From Leptogorgia sarmentosa (Eukaryota), in NCBI GenBank assembly GCA_964658305.1, contig OZ210885.1, positions 23,622,001 through 23,686,000 on the forward strand: a stretch of 64,000 bases of DNA, written 5' to 3'. This document shows positions 23,986-37,379 of the stretch, piece after piece. Below the pieces are notes generated by a model. That model saw only the letters and a program-made list of their open reading frames with translations, made no database searches and was not told where the DNA came from. The first letter of the stretch is position 1, and each line of letters starts with the position of its first letter. The position numbers were made by a program, and so were the translations under genes.

Positions 23986-26109
23986 GGCCAATAATATACG
24001 GTTACGGGTTCCGTCCACACGTAAACGGCGTTTTCGCCCACTGAAAACGGATAAATTTGAAAACGCTCTCCAGAGTGGATAAATTTGAAAACGCCGGCCA
24101 AGCGGATCCGTGTGGACGCGTTATCCGGATAAATTTGAAAACGATTTGAAAACGATGACGTAACAACTCGAACCCAGTGCACTCGGAAGCAATGGTCGAA
24201 CATAATAAAAGCTCAGAATCAGAAGTATTTTCTTTTGATGGTTGTTGATGCGATACAAGCGCTTTTTAAAAACAAAATTTAGTGTAGCGTTTTGACAGAG
24301 CGCGTTCTACTCACATCTCTATTGTTTATTGTTTGAAAGACATTGAAATAATTTATTGTGTTGTGGATTAACTGTGACATTTTTAACATTCCATTTTAAA
24401 ACTTGCGTTTGTTGTTAACATTAGCCAATAATGTGCTGTTTTGATCAAAACAAACTCGCATTTATGTTAGCCGATGAGCATGCGGGCACACATTTTTTTC
24501 TCTAATAGGCTGTCAGCCACTCACCAGATTTTGACTTTTCGTTTCCCCCATGCAGAGACAACAATTTGACGAGTGCAAATTTTGCCTAAAAGCTTATAAG
24601 GTCGAATAACAAAATGTTGTAATCGATAACACCTGCAGTTTTGCCAAAAATTTGCTTTGAAATTTGATCATTTTCACATTGTATCATTGCCATTTTTTCA
24701 CGCATTTCCGAGCTGCGTGTGCCCTTGCGCATACCACAAAGCAGTGCTTCTATTGGAATTAAGGAAATTTGCAAGGAAATAAAATACAAGGAATAAAATT
24801 TGCAAGGAAATGGCAATGAATTTTGTTGTCAGGAAGGGAATAAGAGGGATAATACGTTATTTCTGATAAATCCTAAGATTACAGCAATTTGCTGCTAGTG
24901 CATGCAAAACCGGTTATAAGACTAAACGATGTGGTTGCAAGAAAGAAGACAAGATGACGATGATTTTTACCAGGAGGACGATATTGACATCGAATGATTG
25001 ACATAAGACATAATCAAATCATAAGGCATAAATCATAATTAAGTCAATAAGACATAATCAAATCGTTTGCACGGATAAGAAATAATTTGTTAAATTGTGT
25101 TTCAATCTTTCATACAAATGATGTACATAATTTTACCTTTCTTTAATACACAAGTGTTCGGCTAATGTTGCGTGTAATTTAGCATTGTATCTGAATTGAA
25201 AACTTTGTGCCTGAAGAAATTACGTAGATTTCTTTCAGAATGGTATCAGCAAACTGCGAATATAATAAGATTAAAACTAACTTTTCGAAACACTAAAAAA
25301 ACTACTATGAAGATAAAAACCTTACTAATTTGATCTTTATTTTGGACAAACTTTTGATGGATGTTAATTAACATGTTTATGAAAACAATCGCTTGACATC
25401 GACACTGCGCTTAATTCTGTTGAGGCATAAATCTGCCTTCCTTTGATATGCATACTTGAACGCTCAATTGAAGGTATTACGACAGAAACATTTTACGTCT
25501 CTCCCGAAGAAACAGTCTCTCTAGAGGAGATTTGCTGTCCGAAAAATAAAGTTGCTACAGTTAAGTTGCTACTATTTACGGATACAAACAGACTAAAAAT
25601 GCTTACTCAGCATTTTCCCAAAACTTTGATCGGCAATATTTCAACAGCAATTGACCGTACGTGATTATCGTAATATAGTTTTTTTGAACATATGTGATGC
25701 TCTATCTGGCAGTATTGTCAAATTTTTGAATTTCCAAAATTTTTAGTTTTCTCATCTATGGATGACGTCATACATAGATAAAAGCAATTTTCTCGAGACT
25801 TGCATGTTTGCCGAAGTACAACATTGGTGTTTTACCATGGAAATGGATCCACTCAACATATAATGAAATCAAAATATGGTCTCCGTGGGGGGGAAACGAA
25901 ACTTGCTTTCCAGCTTCATTCTCGTGAGTGGCTGACGGCCTATAAAGAGCATGCTCAGTAGGCGATGTCAGCGTTTTCAAATCGTTTTCGCGTTTACGTT
26001 TGGACGCCAAAAACGATTCAGAAACGACAACGTGTGGACGCAGACTTTTTTGAAAACGGATAAATATTTATGCGTTTTCAAATTTATCCGGATACGTGTA
26101 GACGGGGCC
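23986..26109. mobile_element. Non-autonomous PIF/Harbinger-type element
   Basis: TTA TSD (23983-23985 / 26110-26112); ends ggcc...ccgtccacacg / cgtgtagacggggcc; subterminal ggataaatttgaaaacg repeats. Removing it restores the LINE VIGLSET. Confidence 0.88.
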
Positions 26110-26112
26110 TTA

Positions 26113-26346
26113 GTGAGACTAAATTTACCATGAATAAGGAACCCACTGCCAATATAAATATGACTGGATATAATTTTATATCCGAGCCTAGCCATTCAAA
26201 TGCAGGCGGAGTTGGTTTTTACATTAGAAAAGATTGCAAATTTCATTTTCATGATGATTTCTGTACTTCAACCATTGACTTTGAGTGTTTGTCCATAGAG
26301 CTCCATAATGCAACTCAAAGCTAATGCAACTCAAAGCAATGTGGTG
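26113..26346 (+). mobile_element. Host LINE segment 2 (AP endonuclease)
   Basis: SETK...GYNF...AGGVGFYI...FECLSIEL...NVV. Confidence 0.88.
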
Positions 26347-27616
26347 GGTGAGCACTATAACATAGACACGAAACGTACATTTCTGAAACTGCAATACATA
26401 CAAATCAGCGGTATTTCACATTTAAAATTTGAATAAATTTGCGCGCGTAATTAGAATAAAATGTGCGAAACTAAAGCAATATGGCTTCCATCGAAGAGTA
26501 TAGCGATAGTGACCGGTTTCTTATTTGCGCTTCACAAGCAGAAATGCTTGAGAAATTTGAAGACTACAAAATAAAAACGAATAGTGGTTGGGGATGTGTC
26601 AAATCAAACACACTTTTTGGTAAGTGAACTAATTTTAATATGTAAATTTATCTTATAAATATTCATACGGTATATATCAAAGGTCGAAAGGTGCATGTGT
26701 GTTAGTGTCACAAATTCTAACATGAGTAAGGTATTAAACTTATTAGGTGGTAGTTAAAACGGACATGCCCATATTAGGGTTGTTATTGTGGAGTTTTGGG
26801 GGGATGATTGACAAGAAGTGAGAGAGCATGGTAGTGGTGATGTAAGGGTTTTTTGGTTGATTGTGGATTAAAAAGATATATATATTGCTAGACTGGTGTA
26901 CTTATATCGCTCGTGACCAATAGAGAAGGAACTTTGCAACAGTTAGAATTATAGGAAAATATTGACTGGATAACCCTAACACTAGGCCCATCTTGGCAGA
27001 TTGTCTCCCAACTGCTGAACAAAAACTTAACAAATTATAGGAAAAATAAAGTAAATTCAGGCAGATTTTACGGTGGCTCACAAGGGTCACACACATATAT
27101 AAAAATATATGCAGAAAAAAGAATTGAACACACTAATAAAAATGTACGCAATTCAAATAAAAATAAACGCAATTAAAAAATTTATATATAATAAGATTAA
27201 TAAGGCCACATAAAATAAATTCCTTGATTCTCATCACCGCCCGACGGCATTTGGAGTCCCGCTTTGATCTTTGTTTCTATTTTGTTATAAAATATATATT
27301 TACTGCCCGACCGAGAATCTTTAGAGATTTATATTTTTTATATTTTATATTGGAATTTTTAACGATATTATTTTGCGAGAATCGCACTGAGTGGGGAATG
27401 CTTTGGTGGAGAATCACCATTGAAATCGCTCACTTGTTGAGAGATATGCTGGATGCTGAAGGGAAACATTGGGTTTATTTAGTACAATGATCTGAGGACC
27501 CTTGCGTATCCGTGTATGTTCTTCATAAACCACTATAAAAGCGTGGGCCGCGTGGCATGCAATGCATTGACATATGATAAATATTAATATTAAATGCTCA
27601 TTGATCGAACGAAGAA

Positions 27617-30600
27617 ATGCTGTTTGTTGTTGTTCAGTTGAGAGGTGAGTCTTGCAAGGTTCACAAGGCTTGGTTTGGCGTAAACGTGGTGGAATCTGTA
27701 AGCTTGCGAGAGTTGTTCAACGATTTTATTTCGGGCTCCCTAGACGGTCAAATCGCAAACCCCGACGTGTATCCTGATCCGACCAGTTTTCCTTCGGTAG
27801 CAGTAGGACCAAACAAATCGACCCTCACACCAGTGGATCTCGAATCAAAAGTTGGTGATGTTGTTAAAGTCCTAGGAAATTTTGTCAAGTTTGCCGTGTA
27901 CAAACAAAATGAAGCACTGGAAGTCAACGTTGCTTCGGTGAACAACGTCCTTATGAGAGCTGCATATGTATGTACAGAAATTTAAATATCGCAGAATATG
28001 GTGATCTAGCATAATAGTTAATGTTAAATAATGAATTTTGACAGTTAAATATATTTCATTTTATATCAAAATATTTGATTTCATGACAGTCAGAACAAAG
28101 GATTAAAAAATCCAGATTTTAGAGGAGAAAATCGCAACATGTAGATAGGCCTGGCTTATGAGAAATTTCAAGCCTGCCGCGAGATCTCGCTTTATGAAAG
28201 CAAGATCTCGCCTAGGTGGGCTAGCCTGGTTCCCATATAAACGCAAGATGAATATTGTTATAAATTACACTGTGCCATTAGATCTCGCCTAAGTGAGCTA
28301 GCCCAGGTACCTGGGCTAGCTCACCTCCATATAAACACCCCTTACAGTCTACAGGTGGGTCATTAGATATCCATGGAAAAGGGAGACAATTTTTTCATAG
28401 AGCTTTGAGGAAATTTTCTTGCTATGTACAAGTTGTAGGTCTGGAATTTTTAAGTAATATTTTTTGTATCCATGTAGTTCAGTAGTTTCAGGAATTTTCT
28501 TTCTTTCATTATTAAAATGCATGCTTCAAATATTTTTCAAATTCTATCCTTTGCATGATTTTGTTTATGTGCCATCCCCTCCCTGGATATCTTTTTCCAC
28601 CTATGTATTCAGATATTTTCATATAAAAAATATACACTGTATTTTCTGTATTAAAGGCCCCTGGCTGTTTATTCTCTTCAGGCCCTCTTTTAAGTGGGGG
28701 GGGGGGGGGGCAGGGTTATTTGAAGGGGGCTTGTTTATTTCTTGGTCTGTATTCTCAAAAACTGTACAATGGATCTTATTTGGTGGTTCCTATTTAAAAC
28801 CATTAAGGATGTTGTGTTTTAAATACATTATATTCTAGGAATCACAATTTTATGAAGAATCTTGCTCTCTCGTGCAAAGCCATTAAATATACCTACAGCA
28901 GTGGTATGGGAAATCTGAACTTCATTTGGAAGGTTCCAAGCAGTTGCGATGAAGCCACTCTTCTTTCAAGGAACATCAAAATAAGAGAAAGTTTATCCCC
29001 GGATCTACCAAAGCACCACAGTCGCGCAATGAAAAGAGAATTCATTAACTCTTTTGGGACCATCACAAACTGTAAACCAGCATTCTTGAGAAAGGCCTAT
29101 CAAGTTCTAACTGGTGACTCCTCCTCAGCACGTACGCTAGCTGAAAAGGAAGTAGATAAAGAGTAGCAGAAATATTAGAGATGCAAGATCCGGAGTTGAT
29201 TTGTGACCTTAGGGTTAACAATGAGGGAAGACCTGAAATGTACGAGACTTTTCTAGAAGAATGCAAGAAGTTTATCAATGCTGCTGTAGAGACTGCTGTA
29301 GATGATCGACGACATGACGACGTAGAGAATGGCAAATCTGTTGTGCATCTTGCAACAGCGCTTAGTGTTCCTGACCTACATGCTCAAGTTAAAGAGATGT
29401 CCAGATGGCATACCCATACCCTCTATTCAATGGCTAAGGCTTCAATTCTGGCCAAGACGAAAGAATTCTGCAGCTGCAAAGCGATATTATGGATCGCTGA
29501 AGATCAAGTACATGATACAAGCAAGGCAATTTCGACACCAACACGCCGATGCTCATTATGCATCAGCTCTTTTTAGATATCTGAAGGAGTTCTCACTGCA
29601 ATATCATCAGGACACATCTTTTGTGTGTTTGGATGATAAACACTCAATGAAGGTTGGAGAGCCCGGATATCCCGTGGCTGCAGTGGAAAGAGGAAGAGAG
29701 GTTCTGGTTGCTATGAGGACCCGATTTGAAGTTGGTGACCATGATTTCACTAAACTCAGCATCATTCCAAGTGTGATATTGAAGCTTGATATTCCAGAGA
29801 ATATAGAGGGATCATGGTATAGTGGCAATGTTTCAGTGGGACTTAAGGAGCACACTTTCCAGCCATCGTCTGCAATATGCCATGTTACAGAACTACATGG
29901 TGTCCTTCAGCATGATGATCGCCCAATAGTTAATTAATAGTTAATTTATAGTTAATAGTTAATTTATCCTTAATAGGCACTATATGTTTAGCATAAAGAA
30001 GTGTAAAGATACACAGTGCAAATATCATCTTCCACCAGTACTAGATGAAGAGTTGTTTGATTCCTTACACCATCTTCCAGATCCAATTCCCAGTTGAGAG
30101 AGGTACATGTATATTTCTATTGTTCTTTATATGGTGTATGCTTTATATAGTGTGTGATTCTCTTTTAAGGTACAAACCTTTTTCGGAGGTTTATGGTTCT
30201 GAAACTACTGAGAAACACAGGCCTTCTCTATTAGCTACAAGAGGCAGTGCCAGTGGTCACGGAATGCCATTCAACCCAACAAAGCAAACTGCACTGAATG
30301 TTGATGTAAATTTAAAAACACATGCAATGGTAACCGGATTTAGCAGTTAGAGCATGCTTTTTGTATACCAATATTTATTTACTAGTTGCGGTAGTGTACA
30401 GATGCAATTTAATCTTACGTATAATCTCTTAAATGTCGATCTTTTAATATTTTTAGCGTACTATACAGTGCAGTGAGTGTGGAAAATGGCGATTGCTACA
30501 TAGCAAAAATAAAGTAAAAGGTCATGATCAACAAGTCCTTGATCAGGCTTTGGAGGAAATTATCTATTCGTGTGGAGCAAATGTTTGCGATGTTGCTGAT

Positions 30601-30834
30601 GATGGGCAGTTACAATGTTTCAACGCAGTGTACTCAAGAATAGACCTCTCTTGCCAAAGCAACATTGAACTTCCATATTATAGCGCTGGATTCGAGGCTA
30701 TCTGCATTTACTGTGGCACAACAGATAATCTTCAAGCTGATTTACCAGAGTATTATCCACTTTGCAAAATTTGTTGTGATGAAGGGAAGCAAAAGATAAA
30801 GAGAAGAACCCGTTTCTTTACCCCGAGGAGCTAG
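27617..30834 (+). pseudogene. Zator transposase, multi-exon, frameshifted, central catalytic part apparently deleted
   Basis: Fragments 27617-27967, 28840-29937 (QARQFRHQHADAHY, DDKH, DHDF), 30170-30304 and 30458-30834 (C-terminal Cys cluster, IELPYY). No second-D/E region seen. Confidence 0.75.
28140..28342. mobile_element. Partial Harbinger-type MITE in a Zator intron
   Basis: Internal palindromes (gagatctcgcct, gggctagc); right end ctccatataaacaccccTTA; left end missing. Confidence 0.5.
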
Positions 30835-33800
30835 CACCCAAATTACATGTGTACTGTTAATGTGTACTTGTTTGGTTGATATTGTTTTATAACACAAATA
30901 TATCAAATTAAAAAATATTGATATTGTTTTATAACACAAATATATCAAATTAAAAAATATCCATTTTTTCACTTTTGTACGTATGTACAGTATCAGCATT
31001 GTTGACAACAGATTGAAGGGGGGGGGGGGGGAAGGACAAATATAAAAATACCTCCCTCTTCAGTTTTTTAAATCTTAAAATTTTTCTTTATATTTTGATA
31101 TAAAATATAAAATATAAACCTCCCGCCTCTTGGGCATTTTTGAAAGTTAGTGATGAGAATCAAGGAATTTATTTTATGTGGCCTAAAGAAGAATAAATAA
31201 TAGAACATTGTGTGAAATAAATAAGGCCATCACTTTTACCGAAAAAGAAAAAAATCTACGAAAAATAAATTGGCTAACATTAATTGTTATGCAATGCACA
31301 AACAAAAAAAATATTAACACACATAAAAGAAAGTAAAATTGTGCGCGCGCACGGCATCACAATTGTACTGCGGGCGCATATTCTGGAGTATTTGTTATTC
31401 AGTATTCACGGCTCTTCATACACGTGTGTTAATTTTGACTGCTTTCCATAAATTCATGACGTTTTGTTCCAGTTGTGGCACTAAAGCTGTTGCAGGTGCA
31501 TTGTTCTGCCATCAATGCGGTTTTTCTGTTCCACAAGCTGGTGGTTCAGACGTTTCACGGCCAGAAAATGCTTCAGCCAGTACGGCCAGTTGCAACCAAG
31601 TTCCATCGCGTTTGCCGTCAGGCACCGGCACACCTCTGTTGACATTTACAGAATTTAGAAAGCTCAAGGAAAGCGATCGCCGAAAGGATTTCAACACCAA
31701 GTCCAAGGCTTCGGGAAAGCGAAAAACCAATGAAACTGAGAAAGAAAAATTGGTTACATGCAAAATAGCATTCATGACGTACCGAGAAGACACCGGTCGT
31801 TTGAAATTGGTCAGAGGATCTCAACATTCGCTTTCCCTTTCTCCTGCCATCAATGCTTACGAGCTAAGAAGAAAAGCAGTTGAAAAGTTGAGCAGGTTTA
31901 ACCGCTCGTTGTCAAATAATCCGGAACATTATTGGCTGTTGTATCCTGATATAACGTTAGTTTGCATGATTCCGGGGACTGAAAAACCCTTTACGCTGAA
32001 GGAATATAAAGAGGACTTGGGAAAACCATACGAAAGACTTACTTTATATATTTGCAAACGAGAAGACTACCTTGCCAATGAAGGCATTGACGAAGATGAG
32101 GATGACGACAACTTATTTCCAAACCAGGTAAGGTGATCTTGATCGTGAATAAATATTAACTGCACATGTCTTCCATCATGCGCCATTATGCGCCAGTCTC
32201 TGTCATACTTCATGTAAACATTAACAACGGTTAAAAACATATGGTTAAAAATTTTATTTCAATGTTTCTTCTTTTTATCAAACATAGGATATTATGATCA
32301 ACGATAATGATCAATCAACACATGAAATCAAAAGAATTCGCAGGTATTGTTGAATATCTATTTATTTTGTTTAGTGCAAAAAAGAATTTCCAGGACATGT
32401 GCATTTGATGACACACATGGAGCTGCATCCTGTATTTCTGTTAAATGCCATGAAAGTTTTTATTGTCATTCTTTATAATTATATTCTTATTGGCATACTC
32501 CCACGTTTTAGTGATAATTCCATGGCTACGTTATCAGGTGGAATGTTGGCTGGCTTGGCTTTCTCCAGCACCACTCCAACCTCTCCCACCATTCCCGCCA
32601 CTCAGCACCCTTCTGACGAATTAGATAGCATGTATGCAACCTTACTGTTTGATGAAGTAAATTTTGACATGTTTGACAATGATCTTGTGGCGGAAGAAAC
32701 GGAAGTAAAGGTTATTGAAGACATTGAAGAAAACACTACATTGAAAGAGGTATTGGGGAAGCTTGGTGAACAAATATCCTTTGAAAAAGTTTCATTATTT
32801 AATCTAAGTCGCAATCATGCATGGGAAGGAACGAAACGAGCACTAAACAGAAAATCATTCAGCCCCGAGAATAAGTTATCTGTTAAATTTACCGATGACA
32901 TTGGGCAATCAGAAGGTGCTATTGACATGGGTGGTCCAGCAAGAGAATTTTTTACAATAATAACTGAATGGTTGCTTAGTTCTCAACTCTTCGTTGGTGA
33001 ACCAACATCCAAATTCCTGTCACTGAACGCAACTTCTTTGGAGGAAAGGGAATATTTCATGGCTGGCGAAATCTTCGCCATGTCCCTTGTGCATGGTGGC
33101 CCCGGTATTAACTGTTTCTCAAGTACTTGTTGTGATGCAATTGTTAATGATTCAGGAACGCTTAACCTTACTGCTAAACTTCAAGAAATTCCTGATCACG
33201 AGTTGAGGTCCTCCCTTAGTAAATTGCTGCAAGCCCCAAGTGTTACTGATGCTCATCAAATCATCACTGCTGACAAGTTGGATACCATATTTGAGATGGC
33301 AGGCACGATGAGAGTGATACGAACAAAAGCTGATGTCGACAAGGTGGTCCAGCTCACAATAAATTGGCATGTGTTGGGAAGATGCGAACTGTCGTACAGC
33401 AGTTTTAAGGAGGGCTTGCGAGCATTGGGTGTTCTTGCAGCTATATCGGCCCATCCAAAGTTGTTCAGAGAAATTTTTTGTTATAGATCTGAGTGTTTAA
33501 CTGCTGTCATTATGGAGTCTATTTTCAAAGTAATTCGAGCAGAAGAAGGATCAAATCGCAGAAATGCTGAAAGTCTGGTGTTGTCTTATTGGAATGATGT
33601 TCTGCAAGGTGCCGAAGATGATCCCACTGAAATTAGTTTGGCTGAAATTCTATTTTTTGCATCTGGGTGCAGAGTTTTACCTCCTTGGTATGCATGGAGA
33701 AGTTCAATTTCTTCATGATGTTGAAAGAGATGGCAATCTATCCAGGCTTCCTAAAGCCAACACATGTGCATGTGTCATTAAATTAGAAATTAAACGAGAC

Positions 33801-34279
33801 TTACCTGGTAAGTTGAAGTTTGATTGTAATTCTGCTATGCCATCAGTCAGGAACGAAGGAGTCACATGAGATGCGCATGCGCACTTTGCCGATCAGTTTT
33901 CAAATCAAGTGAGAATGAGCAGAAAACATGGAACGAAGGAGGATAGGGAGTGGAGGGTGCCTATGGGCATGTGACTCCTTCGTTCCTGACTGATGGCATA
34001 GCAGAATTACAATCAAACTTCAACTTACCAGGTAAGTCTCGTTTAATTTCCAATTCTACTCTGCCATCAGTCTACGTCACTACGGAGTCACATGAGATTT
34101 TAAAGTTCTGCTCAGACGAAACAACTGCAACACCAATTTAAGCACAAAACAAAATATATTTCACTGACAACAAGGATCAATAAGTCTCAAACAATAAAGT
34201 TTTGATCCGATAAATAGTTCATAGAGTCAAAGATGTATCAACACTTAGAACAGTTTCCCCAAAGTTCTGTGTGAGTTCT

Positions 34280-34388
34280 GTTGGCTTATGATAGAATCTC
34301 TCAAATGTTGTCGAATTTGTCCAGCCAGCTGCCTTCAAAATTTCTTGTAGTTTTAGGCCCTGTTTCGCCGCATGTGATGTCGATGCTC
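34280..34388 (-). pseudogene. DIRS tyrosine recombinase C-terminal fragment
   Basis: ASTSHAAKQGLKLQEILKAAGWTNSTTFERFYHKP, including the catalytic Tyr. Confidence 0.85.
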
Positions 34389-34920
34389 AATCAATGAGTG
34401 TCTTTATTTTATCTGTGGGCAGTAGTTTACCCCACCGTTTATTGACTATGTCTGCTAATTGCTGTTGGACCGGTGGCCCAGCAATATTTTCCACATCCAA
34501 AGAGTCAGCCAATTCTTTTAAAAATTTGTCATCTTGCTGGACTTGGTCGGTGACCTGTGGCTGTTTATCATGCTCGGTGAGCGCCCTAATATCGCTGTCC
34601 TCATCGCTGGGGTGAATGCTAAGAGCATCATCTCTTCGGCGTCTCTTATATGGTAAACCAGTATCACCTGATTTCTCGTCACTAGATTCCCCCACTGAAG
34701 CATGATCACGTTTCCTACGCGGTGAGAATTCATCGTTCGAGTCTGGTAGACGTTGGCATAAGGTTGCCAAAACCCCGGCCATTTTGCCCATGGTGTTATT
34801 AATAGTGGACAATGTAATCCTTACATCCTCAGAATGGGCTTCGGAAGTATTTGTAGGCCGTTGTTCCGCATCAAGTTGTGGCGAAGATCCACCATGAGGT
34901 TGTTCGTCGCTGTCTGCCAT
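34387..34920 (-). pseudogene. DIRS gag N-terminal fragment
   Basis: 177-aa low-complexity ORF ending GPPVQQQLADIVNKRW, positioned directly after the 5' ITR. Confidence 0.7.
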
Positions 34921-35722
34921 CGAAATTCAGACACGTATTTCTGAAAGAAATCTGCAAAAATATCAGTCACAGTACTTCCCAAGGGTTATCTCACTACTTA
35001 TCTCACTACAAGGAGTAGTAAGCATAACCGATGTATAAGGAATCTAAAAAATATCAAATTTTAAAACACAAGAATTTTGCTCACCTTGTTTGTACTTCGG
35101 CAAGGACACATACACTGATCGGCAAAGTGAGCATGCGCATCTCATGTGACTCCGTAGTGATGTAGACTGATGGCAGAGTAGAATTGCTTGTTGTACACAA
35201 CGATTACGACAGCTTCAAGAATGCAATGGTATTTGGCGTTAAGAATGCTCGCGGATTTGGTTGTCCGTAAGCTCTCCTAAAGGTGTACTCCAGAAGAAAG
35301 CTAAACACTGTTTTATTTAATTTTTTGGAAAAAGATTGCACTAAAATAATTTCTTTGATTTAGGAAAAGGCCATTACCTTTAAGTAATCTAATTGACAAA
35401 ATTTGTGTTTTATTAACACTTTTATTCAACTTTCTTCAGTCTCAGATTTAAATCTTGCAGAATGTTGAATGAATCAGCATACACTGGTTACGGTACGGAC
35501 TATGACATGTACAGTATATCAGAATTTATGTTCTAGAATATGGTGAACATGATTTATTAGTGATTTAGGGTCAGGATTAGGGTTGTTATTATATTTAGAT
35601 ATATAAATATATTTTTCTATCTATATATAAATTGTTTTATGTGAACAGAGATTGGGAGAATCGTTGTTACGATGTGATTCTTTTTTATCTTTTGGTCATT
35701 AGATACTTGATTGATATTATAA

Positions 35723-37051
35723 TCATTCCATCATGTTAACTAGGTGCTGGAACATCTTGAACGCTTCATGTACATCGTTTGGGGAACGCCAATTTCTCAT
35801 TTCACATACATATTCAAAATACTCCTCATAAATGTTTTCTCTCTCATCATTTTGCACACTCGCTTCCAGCTCATGTATTTTGGCAGGCGATACCTCACAA
35901 AGGCAATTATCTCCACCATAATGTTCAGGTATAAAAAACAGTAAATCTGGTATTCCAGCAATAGTTTCATGCTGCGATTTTCTGATGTGATGGCTGTTCC
36001 ATTGATCTTTCACATTATACAACTCTTGTTGAATTATTCTGATATAACAGAACCACAGACATTCCATATGGTAAATATTTCCAAGTTCTAAAATGCCTCT
36101 TTGACACTTATCTTGAAAAAGATCAATCCACCATCCTGATCGGTTTCGCCTTAAAAAAGACCACCACGCTTCTATTCGCTGATTTGCTGGGGAAGACCCA
36201 TAAATATGTGATTTCTCACCAGCCCATTCATCCAAACCATCTGCTCGGAGATAGCATTGCATACCAGCAAGTACAACATTTTCAGTCCCACAATCTGTCC
36301 TCACACGCTGTGGACAACCACCAACCTCTTTGACACAATCTAAATAAAGTCCTGCAACAATCTGTGGATCACTATTTGATCTCAAGACTTCCAACCAAAG
36401 AATGCGCCTGCTGTACCCACATATTGCAGCATGGACTGCAAACCCATAAGGTTTTAATTTATCATAACCTAAAATGCGTAGAATAAATTTCAACTTAAAG
36501 TTACTTGAATTGGTAAATACAAACATTTATGAGGGCATATTCATAGTTTGACAAAAATTGAGCCTAATATACAATTCTATGACTAAGCCTACATATAAAT
36601 ACATACCGTCTAAGTGCCAACAGGCATTTGCCCCTTTGCTTGTGTATGTTCTTCTATGTAGTCGTCTGGTTTTCCTAGACTGAACACCATCGGGGTCGAT
36701 CTCTCTCAACAATCTGCTGATAACATGGCGGCTTACATGCACCCCATGTTTTAAACGCAAAGCATGCCAAATCCCTCTGTACTCAGAAAGTTGTCCTGGG
36801 CCTTGAATTTCTTGAGTGACGAGAGCACGTAATTGATCTTCGTCAAAAAGGTTTCCTTTTTTTTTCAATCCTAATCGCTTAAGACGCCTTTTTAATGTGC
36901 TCAGTGATAAATGGATACCATTATTTCCAAGCAATTCGACAATAGCATCGTATGGATAGCCGCGATTGAAACACAATTTTATAATCTCACAGCTTTCGCA
37001 GTTTATAGTCCCTGCTTCTATTTCAACCGCAGTGCACCCTGAACAAGGCAT
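35723..37051 (-). CDS. IS3EU-type DDE transposase, 2 exons (37051-36607, 36468-35723), 396 aa, apparently intact
   Basis: GT-AG intron 36469-36606 joins WHLDG|YDKLKPYGF. DDE motifs WHLDG, RTDCGTEN, NQRIEAWW; N-terminal HTH LSLSTLKRRLKRLGL. Confidence 0.9.
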
Positions 37052-37379
37052 GTATTGTCAAAATACAAACAAAAGTCGACAGAATTTCACAGAAGTGGCA
37101 AATAAAATATGATTTATGAGTTATGCGTAAAATATTAAATGTGATTTTATCAGAATATGCGCCCGCAGTACAATTGTGATGCCATGCGCGTGCACAATTT
37201 TACTTTCTTTTATGTGCGTTAATATTTTTTTGTTTGTGCATTGCATAACAATTAATGTTAGCCAATTTATTTTTCGTAGATTTTTTTTCTTTTTCGGTAG
37301 AAAAGTGACGGCCTTATTTATTTCACACAATGTTCTATTATTTGTTCTTCTTTATTAATTTTGTTATATATTAATTTTT

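Larger units (their letters stand above)
27204..31183 (+). mobile_element. Zator DNA transposon inserted in the left TIR of the IS3EU-like element
   Basis: 34-bp perfect TIR ggccacataaaataaattccttgattctcatcac; TAA TSD (27201-27203 / 31184-31186); transposase motif CLDDKHSMKVGEPG...DHDF. Confidence 0.85.
33785..35185 (-). mobile_element. Internally deleted DIRS1-type tyrosine-recombinase retrotransposon
   Basis: Inverted terminal repeats (33858-33897 vs 35115-35153). Internal complementary region 33967-34097 matches both ends. Gag start and YR end are retained. Confidence 0.92.
31456..35270 (+). pseudogene. IS3EU accessory gene: zinc ribbon, conserved accessory domain, HECT E3 ubiquitin ligase (G2E3-like); disrupted by a frameshift and a DIRS insertion
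   Basis: Exon 31456-32127 (CSSCG...CHQCG); HECT motifs VKFTD...EGAIDMGGPAREFF, SLVHGGPG, ILFFASG, LPKANTC (catalytic Cys ~33765). It resumes after DIRS as LLVVHNDYDSFKNAM...GFGCP-stop (35186-35270). Confidence 0.88.

Noticed and set aside
28696..31031. Poly-G tracts and a 43-bp tandem duplication (30876-30960) in Zator
   Set aside because: Simple slippage products with no further support for a function.
32399..33718. Host G2E3 gene
   Set aside because: Lacks the PHD/RING array and lies inside TIRs with a perfect TSD; treated as transposon cargo.
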